Shown: piece after piece, positions 47,401-56,386 of the stretch
How the letters are laid out: every line of letters starts with the position of its first letter
How positions within the stretch are numbered: position 1 is the first letter of the stretch
Virus record (IMG/VR): IMGVR_UViG_3300023256_000002
Span: 6,807-70,806 of that record
Reading direction: 5' to 3' (one strand)
Length of the DNA stretch: 64,000 nt
Source: a virus
Lineage: Duplodnaviria; Caudoviricetes
Notes under the pieces: generated by a model
Told to the model about the DNA's origin: nothing
What the model saw: only the letters and a program-made list of their open reading frames with translations
Database searches by the model: none
Position numbers and translations under genes: made by a program

Positions 47401-47750
47401 ATTTCAACAGAACGATTTTGTTTTTTAAGTTCTTTCGACATTTTCAATGCGTAACTTTTCATTCCTGACGCCCAACTAAGTTTGTCCTCTTCTGCTTTTG
47501 CTTTTTGTTGTAAAACTTTTAAATCTTTAGAATTAAATGCCCTTTGCACTTTCAAATCTTTAAGTATTTTTTCGTTTTCCGCTCTTGTCTTCTCTTGTCA
47601 TTTATCCTTTTCCTTTTCCATCTCCAATATTTTTTCGTCTTGCTTGGATATTTCATCTTTTATCTTACTCTGTTTTTCAAGTTCTTGTCTTCTGGATTCA
47701 GTTAAGGTCAAAAGGGTTTCTTCGTGCTTTACTTCTATAATGTCGGCCAT
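44469..47750 (-). CDS. Tape measure protein (code 4, 1093 aa)
   Basis: Six track fragments share one frame; at least 11 TGA; Ala/Gly/Leu-rich repeats ([W]KTLAIAG, VK[W]ENL); lies downstream of the chaperone. Confidence 0.85.
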
Positions 47751-47760
47751 TTACATTTCC

Positions 47761-47937
47761 TTATTTATTGGAACTTTTATTAAGAAAGTCTTCCAATTCT
47801 TGAGACGCTTGATGGATTTGATCTAGCTTCTTGCCTAGCTCAGGATTGGTCTTTTTAAAATTTTTTATTATTTTGTCTGCTTGTTTCTTTTTAATTCTAT
47901 CAAAGAATTTGTCTATGAAATTATCAACTTTACTCAT
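47761..47937 (-). CDS. Small hypothetical protein (58 aa)
   Basis: MSKVDNFIDKFFDRIKK..., just upstream of the tape measure gene. Confidence 0.5.
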   Translation of the reverse strand: MSKVDNFIDKFFDRIKKKQADKIIKNFKKTNPELGKKLDQIHQASQELEDFLNKSSNK

Positions 47938-48013
47938 AAGTTATCTCCTATATATAATTGTACGCATCTATTGTATATAAATATCAAAATAATAATTTTT
48001 TTGAAAAACAAAA

Positions 48014-48033
48014 AGCCCAGTTTTCACTGGGCT
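48014..48033 (-). terminator. Intrinsic terminator
   Basis: 8-bp stem AGCCCAGT/ACTGGGCT with T-run on the - strand. Confidence 0.7.
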
Positions 48034-48038
48034 CTCTT

Positions 48039-48338
48039 TTATTTAGGTCTTGAGACCGATTTGCCTAATTTAGGCGGTCTTGCTATAGTTTTTCCAGAAC
48101 CAGAACCAGAAGCGGTTGCTTGTTTGTTTTCTGCTTCACGTGCGTCATTTAAGAATTTAATATTTAAGCTTCTTACTCATATTGGCATATTATAAATTAT
48201 TTCTCAATTAAATGCACCTTTGCTATAATAACTTAAATTAAATATTTCCTTATACAAGTTACGCTTTGACATCATTATTGCTGATGATTCTTTTCCTGTT
48301 AATTCCCTATTTCCTTGAATGTTTGGTAGGCCAAAAAA
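48039..48338 (-). CDS. Tail assembly chaperone-like C-terminal ORF (GT-like; code 4)
   Basis: IFNLSYY..GAFN[W]EIIYNMPI[W]; overlaps the upstream gene at a T7 run. Confidence 0.55.
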
Positions 48339-49092
48339 AGTTCGCATCAAGCGGCACCTCAATGATATCTTCAAAATTACATTCAACGCATACGAAATCA
48401 TAACTTGTATTTACAGAAGGTGCTATTGTCAAAAGATAATCTCTAAAATCACGTGAATCTTGCAAAAGAAATTCTTTATCAACAAATAAATTAATAGTCC
48501 TTCTATCTGCATCGCCATCTATTGCAGTTATCATATATTTGTATCTACTCGTCATTTCTGGTTGTACGCCTGTCGCACCATAAAGTTTTTTCATACGTTT
48601 CAATTCAATTTCAACATCCTTACTATCCTTGTAAGTTAATAACTTAAATGTTAATTCTTTCTTACTTACTGGTAACTTAAATGTGAATTCATTTTTCCCG
48701 ATAGTATAATTTTTTTCCTTCATCGATACGTGTTCCCATTTCATTACATCAATTGAAATATCATTACGTGTTCCGCAATTCGGACAATTAATTTTTGTAT
48801 CATACTTGCCACCGTATGCTAATATTCTTGCAGCCATCATTACTTTATCATAATCGCCCAAAAGCATATCGTTTAATACATTTTTATCACCGATAAATAT
48901 TGCCTCAATAAACTTATCCAAAACGATACCTTTCTGTATTAAATTTTTTGATGTTAATATATCTTCATCTGCCGCCGTTGGGTATCTTAATTCTACTGAC
49001 CCTTTATTTAGTGGATGTTCCGCTGGATATAATCACCCTTTACTCGGTAACTCTATCATTTCTGTTGGAAATGTTGCTTTTTCTTCTGCCAT
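48307..49092 (-). CDS. Tail/baseplate assembly chaperone (gp26-like; code 4, 261 aa)
   Basis: FPTEMIELPSKG[W]LYP, EDILTS, ARILAYG, CxxC, KLLT, DSRDFR, FFWP. Confidence 0.75.
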
Positions 49093-49182
49093 AACTTTCT
49101 CCTATATTCATTTTGGTTTGTTTTATTGATTTACATAACCCATTTCTTATATATATTATGTTATTACTTTTTTCTTGTTTTT

Positions 49183-50381
49183 TTATATTAAATGCCCGCC
49201 TTTCAAATTGCCAACGCCAAATTTGCTTGCCCTTTGAAGATTATATTCAGCATTATGATGCAAATAATTATGCTTTTTTTGGTGTATGATATTCATTTCA
49301 TTTCCATAAATGTCGTACTCTCTTTCGGATGCCAATTTACGGCCCAAATCAAGCATTAACTTTTTAAGTGGCATTTCTATTTCATCTTTCTTGCGTGTAA
49401 TCATTTTTCCCTGCCATTTAAGTTTTACGTAACCTGCCATTTTACGTGCTTCATCTATGGCCAATACATTGTTTGAGACCATAGTCCACAAACTAGCCAC
49501 ACTTCCACTTGTTATAGATTGTGCGTCAACTGTTTCCGTAACGTCCATTTCGCCAATTTTATTTCCATAAATATCATAAGTAGAATACTTGCATGTTCTA
49601 GACATATAATCATTATTTTTCAATTCATTAATCAAATCATCTACGCTTTTACAGAATGCATTAGAATTTGCTGGCATTGGAACGTCCCACGTCGGTGCTG
49701 TACTTGCCATTGTATTAACATAATTCCCCTTAGTAGCACAAAAAGAAGTTTTTTTCTTAAATAATTTAGAAAGAAAGCTCATTGTATTCCTCTAATTGTT
49801 TTGCTAATCTCATTGTTTCACTTATTACATATCTTTTATTATAAACTGTTAACGAATCATTCCCATGTGCTGTATCAAATCCAAAACACCAACCATGTTT
49901 TACATATAAATCCCCAATTTTTTTATCATTCATTTCTTCTGAATATGTAATGCCGCCATGAACATCCACTCCTTCAAGATACTTTTTGCCATATGCTGGA
50001 TGATATTTATCAACAACAACATAACCATTGCCCCAACCAAAATCCATTGACTTTGTTCTTTGAAGCCAAGTAGTTTTGACAACGGTTAAACCAACTAATT
50101 TATATTTATCTTTAGATGTCATAAACTCATCACCGTAAATCGTAAATGCTTTTATTTTTGACATAATTTCTCCATACTTTTTCTTTCGTTATAAGCTTTT
50201 ATTTTCTTTTTTTTACTGTCAAACATTCCCTATATGTATATTGCTTGACTCCCAATACGGCAACTGGATATGCTTTCCAATTAATATTGTCTATGCCTAT
50301 CCACTTTCCATGTTCTGTGATTACCATCGTAAATTCTTCTTGTGCTACGTTTCCGTAAATGTCATATGTTTTTAAGTCCAT
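49183..50381 (-). CDS. Three accessory hypothetical ORFs (49183-49782, 49766-50164, 50199-50381)
   Basis: ORF track; the middle one has the VHGGITY...GFDTAH phage motif. Confidence 0.55.
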
Positions 50382-50553
50382 AGTATTAAAGTCAAAATTT
50401 AGTCAATCAGGAATATATGTCGGGTCGTCAAATGGCGAGGTTTTCTTAAACAACTTTACAACCTTATCTAAAAACTTCATCAATGTAACCCCCTATACTT
50501 TTATTTCTATCTATATGTATTTCAAACAAATTCAAAAACTCTTATTTTTATAT

Positions 50554-50577
50554 AAAAAAACTCCGCACAAGGCGGAG
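50554..50577 (-). terminator. Intrinsic terminator
   Basis: CTCCGC/GCGGAG stem followed by T7 on the - strand. Confidence 0.6.
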
Positions 50578-50603
50578 CTAATATTTTTAACAATCTTTTA
50601 TGA

Positions 50604-50780
50604 TTAAGCTTTACATAAAAACTTCGTGTATCGCTTAATCATAAGTAAGTCTATTGGAATATAATTATCATTTTTATCCCTAATCCATGCATCCACTACG
50701 TCATTTTCGGAGCAATTTCTTCTTACTGTCCATAAAATTTGTTCTTTTTTCTTCTTAAAAATTTTCTTAAATATACCCAT
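50604..50780 (-). CDS. Small hypothetical protein
   Basis: GGAGG RBS; MGIFKKIFKKKK... Confidence 0.45.
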   Translation of the reverse strand: MGIFKKIFKKKKEQILWTVRRNCSENDVVDAWIRDKNDNYIPIDLLMIKRYTKFLCKA

Positions 50781-50840
50781 CAAATAACCTCCATACAAAT
50801 ATATATGCTTAATTTAAATCGCAAACTCTTGTTTTTTTTA

Positions 50841-51635
50841 TTAGAAATTAAAACTATTGTGAAGTTCTCGGTGACATTCTCTGCATAATGCAACGCCTGA
50901 TATTTCATTGTCCGTATGATAATTTATAATTGCATCAATAAATTTAGTTCTGTCTAACTTATCATCAAAATTGTTCTTTTTTCTAATAATATTTATTATT
51001 TCTGACATTATTATTTGATTGTGATGAACATCTAATTTGCCGCCAGCACCACACTTTGAACATTTGAATTCATATTTTTTTAATATTGGAAATTTTCATT
51101 CATTATATAATTTTCTACTTCCGTGACATGCCGCATTTATTGAACTATTACCGCCACATCATGCGGGAGATTCCGCACCATATTCAACTTTAAGCACGCC
51201 ATCTTTCCACATTTTTTTCATACGTTCTGATTTTCTTTTTAATAAATCTTTATCAGCTAAAATTGTTTTTCTTGAATTTTCGGCATTTAATCTAACACGT
51301 TCGTCTGTAATGTCCAATCCTTTATTCCAAGGCTCTCTTACGCCGTCTTTATATTGTTGCCTTCTTGTTTCTGCGGAATGTTCAATTGCTTTTGGATTAT
51401 GGCCCCAATTATTTTTTACTCTTGAAATGTGTCCTCTTTTGTAATCGCAAAACCCATGCGAATTAAAGTTAGTTTCTTCTCCACATCCGCATTTGCATGT
51501 TGGTCTTATTCCATTTAGATAAAATTCTAAATGAAAATCCTCTGATTTAATTCCATGAAGCCAACCCACATGTTTCCTAAGACTATTATAGTTATCAAAT
51601 ATTCGGCTACATCTTTTACACTTAAATTTTTCCAT
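50841..51635 (-). CDS. HNH homing endonuclease with zinc-finger/NUMOD N-terminus (code 4, 264 aa)
   Basis: CKCGCGEET, PWNKG, PA[W]CGG, CSKC..LDVHH, LCRECHRELH. Confidence 0.8.
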
Positions 51636-51734
51636 AAAAAAATCCTCCATACAATTATATATATGGAGGAATATTGTTTTTAACAATCTTTTATGATTAA
51701 GCAGTAAAAAGATTTAAGAACCGCTTAATCATAT

Positions 51735-52226
51735 CTAATACTCCATTACTGGGTAGTCGTAGCGGAGAGAAATCGTGATTTCTTGTGCTGTTGCATCTCC
51801 CCAATCTAATTCGCCAAAGTTTGCACTTTTAATTCATGCTTTCTTTAATGTCCAAGCACTAATTTTATCGCCAACTGGTCCTAATTCAAGTATAGTTACA
51901 TCCTTTTGATACATTGCTCCGTATCCGTCTCTGCCTGTTTCAGCTTCGTGATGTGCTCTAATTCAATTCATTACAATTTGAGCACCTGATGGTGATATTG
52001 GGTCATATAAAGTTAAACTAATTTCGTCATAAGAAACTTTACCCATAGAATATTTTGTTATATTAATATGAGGCAATTCAACCTCATCAATAGTTATGCT
52101 TGGTCTCGCCGCACCTTTAATTAAAAATGAAGGTATTCCATCTATTTCTAATATAAATCTATTCTTTAATCTTGGCTCAAACTTATCAAATAACATTTCG
52201 TTAACGTCTAGTATATTTTCTGCCAT
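51735..52226 (-). CDS. Tail tube protein (gp19-like; code 4, 163 aa)
   Basis: FEPRLKNRF, LYDPISPSGAQ.VMN[W]IR, TGRDGY, GPVGD...W..K.A[W]I..ANFGELDW, LRYDY. Confidence 0.9.
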
Positions 52227-52418
52227 TTTGCATTCTCCTTTTTTTTGTTTTAATAATTATATACATTACTCTGTATATTAATAAATATTCAAAATGTAAA
52301 TTTTTTGGCAATAATCTTCCAATAATACTTAACAAAAAACTCTGTTTTGGGGATTTTATATAATAGTTATGTTTGAATAGGGACGTATTAATATTTTATA
52401 TGAAAAATAGGGGACAAT

Positions 52419-53030
52419 ATGAGGGAATGCAATATAGATATAAGTTTGTTAGAAAAGGTTGTATTAAATGAGGCCAACATTAAGGCATTAACAAATAAGA
52501 AATCGGACGACTACAATATATCAAAATTATTAGGGATAAAATTAACACAATCCCAAAGTATTAGATTTGGAAAAAAATTTGAGAAAATAGTTGGAGATTT
52601 AATTCTTCTTGCTAAAGATACAGAATTAGAGGAAAAAACTATTTTTGATATTTATGAACTTAATGATAAAAATAGCATCAAAACAAAGGGCAAAAAAAAT
52701 GTTGATATGATTTTTAAAAAAAATAATAAACGTTATTATTTCGAATTAAAAACAAACATGAATTTAGATAGTGAAAAAAGTAAAATAACAGATGAAAAAA
52801 TAAAACAAGTAACCAATTATTTTGAAAAAAAATATAATGAAAAAATAATATCAGGATGCTTAACTTGTTGGTATGGACCTGAGAAAAAGATAGTTAATAA
52901 ATTAAAAACTGATATATATTATATGAAAGACTTGTTTGAAATATTAGATTTCAAAATAACAAAAGAAGAGTATTATACTACTTTTAAAAAATTAGGACAA
53001 AAAATAATAAAAATGGAGAATACACAATAA
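52419..53030 (+). CDS. Putative type II restriction endonuclease (PD-(D/E)xK)
   Basis: VDMIF...FELKTN motif; directly upstream of an MTase. Confidence 0.55.
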   Translation: MRECNIDISLLEKVVLNEANIKALTNKKSDDYNISKLLGIKLTQSQSIRFGKKFEKIVGDLILLAKDTELEEKTIFDIYELNDKNSIKTKGKKNVDMIFKKNNKRYYFELKTNMNLDSEKSKITDEKIKQVTNYFEKKYNEKIISGCLTCWYGPEKKIVNKLKTDIYYMKDLFEILDFKITKEEYYTTFKKLGQKIIKMENTQ

Positions 53031-53031
53031 T

Positions 53032-53826
53032 ATGAGACCTATGATTAAGTGAACCGGAGGCAAACGCAGAGAATTAAAACATTTAATTCAAATGTTACCA
53101 GAAAATATAGAAAGATTCGTCGAGCCCTTTGTTGGGGGCGGAGCGTTATATTTCCATTTAGAACATAAAAATTCAATCATTAATGATTGAGATTACGATT
53201 TAATAAACTTTTATAAAAATGCCACCAACTCTAAATTCTTAAAAAGTATATCTGAATTGGAATTATTAAATGAAAATCACGATGCTATGTCAGAAAAATA
53301 TTATGAACTTAGAGCGTTAGATAGAGGTGGGTTACATAACCACTCCAATATGACTAGGGCGATACGCTTCTTTTATGTCAATCAATTAGCGTTTAGCGGT
53401 ATGCGAAGGTTTAATAAAAGCGGTGAGTTTAACGTTCCATTCGGACATTACAAAAGGTTATCAAATCAAATAACCAATAAGCATTTGGAATTACTCAAAA
53501 CAACCGACATTAAGAACGAACATGCTGTTAATATTATTATTAATGAAGATAATGAAGGAACGTTCATATTTCTTGACCCTCCATATACTAAAGTATTCAA
53601 AACTTACTCTCCTGGAAATGAATTTACTATGGGAGAACAGCGAAAACTATGCGATAGTCTTAAAGCATTACACAAAGCAAAGTTTATGTTGGTAATTAAT
53701 AAAGAACCAGAAATACTTAAAATGTATAACGGCTTTAACGTTGCAGAATATGATGTAAAGTATGGAGTAAACATTAGGAATAGGTTTAATACAGATAGCA
53801 CCCATGTAGTAATAACAAATTATTAA
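53032..53826 (+). CDS. Dam/D12-class adenine methyltransferase (code 4, 264 aa)
   Basis: MIK[TGA]TGGK, VEPFVGGGA, IND[TGA], FLDPPY. Confidence 0.88.
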
Positions 53827-53901
53827 TAACAAAAAAAAGAAAGAAAAAATAAAGTTTTATCTTATTTCATAATATATATTATTAATAAAAACAAAGGAGG
53901 G

Positions 53902-54243
53902 TTGCAAATGAAAAAAATAAAAAAAGTAATGTCTGTTGGTGTGGGGTATATAGATGGTGGTGGAAGTCCACTATATGACAAATTGAATCCAGAATTTCCA
54001 GAATTTGAGGAGAATATTTTAGAAATAGCGTATAAAATACTAGAAAAACTTGAATTCAAATTAGGGAAAAACATTTTAAATAACAATACATGTAATAACA
54101 TTATTGATTTAATGATTGGGGATAGTCATATGCCTGCCCACATAAGTATAGAGTTTGTTGAAGATAATATGAAATACAATATATCCTTTAATGGATATTG
54201 CAAAAACAATAATGAGTATCTTGTAGAAAAGATACAAGAATAA
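53902..54243 (+). CDS. Hypothetical protein
   Basis: 113-aa ORF with AAGGAGG RBS. Confidence 0.5.
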   Translation: MQMKKIKKVMSVGVGYIDGGGSPLYDKLNPEFPEFEENILEIAYKILEKLEFKLGKNILNNNTCNNIIDLMIGDSHMPAHISIEFVEDNMKYNISFNGYCKNNNEYLVEKIQE

Positions 54244-54553
54244 ATATATTTGACTATATAATAATTCCAAATAATGTAGATTTCGATTTTACTTCAATAA
54301 CCTTCGAAGACTTAATGGAGTTTTTGTCAAAAACGAAATCAAAAAAAATAAATATGATAAGTATTTAAAACTTTAAGTTTAGCCATATAATAACAAAAAG
54401 AGAGAATAGGAAACCGTTCTCTCTTTTCTATTTAACTTAAGTTAATATTGAAAGTGAAATTATACTTTATGCTTAAAATAAATAGTGAATTATTATTTAA
54501 TAAAAACAATTTACACCATAATTATATTCAAAGAGAACGGGAGTGTTATTACT

Positions 54554-56305
54554 ATGAACAAAACAAAAATAGTTAAATGTAAAAACTGTGAAAATGAATT
54601 CAAAACATATATAAATAGACCAAAACAATTTTGTAGTAAAATTTGCTATGATGATTATAGACATAAAGAAATTAAATGTAAAAGTTGTAATAAAATATTT
54701 ATCGTTGGTAAAAAATCAAAAAGAATATATTGCTCCAACCAATGTGCGGCTGACGACTTAAAAGAATTAAGGGCTATGAAAATTAAAGAAACCTTTAATA
54801 AAAAATATGGTGTAAATTCACCAGCACAATTACAATCTGTAAAAGATAAAATTATAGAACATAGAAATAATGGCGCCTATGATAATATGATTGAAAAGGG
54901 AAAAGAAACGAGATTATTAAAATATGGTGATAAAAATTACAACAATCTTGATAAAAATAAAACAACAAAATTAGAAAGATATGGTGATGAAAATTATAAC
55001 AATAGAAAAAAATGGTTAGATACATTAAAATCCAGATATGGAAAAGGCATACACCCAAATACTGAAGCGAAACTTATGAAATCATTGGAGGAAAACAAAA
55101 TTGGATTTAAATCAGATAAATTTAAAGAATATCTTAAAGACAACAATGTATTAAACGTTTCTCAAATCTTATCAGTAAAAGAAGCAATATTAAAAAAAAG
55201 ACGAATTGCTGATTTCAATAATTTGTATAAAAAGCCAAATAAATTTTTAAGAACAATACCTTTATTCAATGTTAATGATTATATTTCGCAAGATAAAAAT
55301 GAATTATATAAATTTCAATGCTTAAAATGTAAAAAAATATTTGAAGACCACATACATCAAAATCATATACCTTCATGCCCAGATTGTTATAATATTAAAT
55401 ATGGAACTTCAATGGTTGAAGATGAAATCGCATCCTTTATTAAAGAAATTTTGCCCAATTATAAAATTTTAACAAATGTTAGAGATATTTTAGATGGTAA
55501 GGAGCTTGACATTTATATCCCAAATAAGAATATTGCAATAGAAATTAATGGATTATATTGGCATTCAGAATTATCTGGCAAAAAGAGTAAAACTTATCAT
55601 TTAGAAAAAACAAATATATGCCATAATTTAGGAATTGATTTGATACACATATTCGATGTGGAATGGGCCTTAAAAAAAGAAATAGTAATGAGCAGATTAA
55701 AAGCAATTCTTGGCGTCAATATAAATATAGATAGAGTATACGCAAGAAATTGTGAAATAAAAGAAATATCACCAACAGAAAAAAATAAATTTTTAATTAA
55801 TTTTCATTTACAGGGTGAAGATAAATCAAAATATAAACTTGGATTATTTCATAAAAATAAATTGGTTTCGGTTATGACTTTCGGTAGACCTAGAATTGCG
55901 TTAGGAAATAAAAAAGATAAAAGTAATTCTTATGAATTAAGTAGATTTGTTTCTGATAGTAATGTTGCAGTCGTTGGTGGGGCGTCAAAACTTTTATCAT
56001 ATTTTATCAAAAATTACAATCCAACAAAAATCATTTCGTATGCTGACAGACGATGGAGTAAAGGCAACTTGTATGAAAAGTTAGGGTTCAAAAAAGTATC
56101 GGATGGGACGCCCAATTATTGGTATACCGCACCAAAAAGATATGGCGCGCCATTAAAACATAGATTTAATTTTAGAAAAAATGTATTAAAGAGTAAATTA
56201 AGCGTATTTGACGAAAATCTAACTGAATGGCAAAACATGCAATTAAATGGATACGATAGGGTTTGGGATTGTGGAAGTCTAAAGTATGAAATGATATTAA
56301 AATAA
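54554..56305 (+). CDS. Hef/Vsr-like homing endonuclease-related protein
   Basis: Zinc fingers, ELDIYIP..IAIEINGLYWHS, YARNC, ELSRF, GGASKLL, SYADRRW, VWDCG. Confidence 0.75.
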   Translation: MNKTKIVKCKNCENEFKTYINRPKQFCSKICYDDYRHKEIKCKSCNKIFIVGKKSKRIYCSNQCAADDLKELRAMKIKETFNKKYGVNSPAQLQSVKDKIIEHRNNGAYDNMIEKGKETRLLKYGDKNYNNLDKNKTTKLERYGDENYNNRKKWLDTLKSRYGKGIHPNTEAKLMKSLEENKIGFKSDKFKEYLKDNNVLNVSQILSVKEAILKKRRIADFNNLYKKPNKFLRTIPLFNVNDYISQDKNELYKFQCLKCKKIFEDHIHQNHIPSCPDCYNIKYGTSMVEDEIASFIKEILPNYKILTNVRDILDGKELDIYIPNKNIAIEINGLYWHSELSGKKSKTYHLEKTNICHNLGIDLIHIFDVEWALKKEIVMSRLKAILGVNINIDRVYARNCEIKEISPTEKNKFLINFHLQGEDKSKYKLGLFHKNKLVSVMTFGRPRIALGNKKDKSNSYELSRFVSDSNVAVVGGASKLLSYFIKNYNPTKIISYADRRWSKGNLYEKLGFKKVSDGTPNYWYTAPKRYGAPLKHRFNFRKNVLKSKLSVFDENLTEWQNMQLNGYDRVWDCGSLKYEMILK

Positions 56306-56331
56306 AAAACCCGAGCCTCGTAAGGCTCGGG
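56304..56331 (-). terminator. Terminator between convergent sheath and Hef-like genes
   Basis: 9-bp stem CCCGAGCCT/AGGCTCGGG with T6 on the - strand. Confidence 0.75.
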
Positions 56332-56386
56332 GTCCTATGGAGTTAAATCCATAAGTATTGTTTATATTTAACCTATGTAAATATTG

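Larger units (their letters stand above)
50584..51733. repeat. 26-bp direct repeats, each with an 11-bp hairpin, flanking an HNH cassette
   Basis: TTTTTAACAATCTTTTATGATTAAGC at 50584-50609 and 51677-51702; each pairs with GCTTAATCATA (50633-50643, 51723-51733). Confidence 0.8.

Noticed and set aside
48339-48401. N-terminal part of track ORF 48204-48401
   Set aside because: Lies within the chaperone gene in another frame; only the part from the T7 run onward looks coding
4440-51733. CRISPR array, DGR or retron
   Set aside because: Repeats are dispersed or paired, not regularly spaced with unique spacers; no reverse transcriptase or cas motifs were seen
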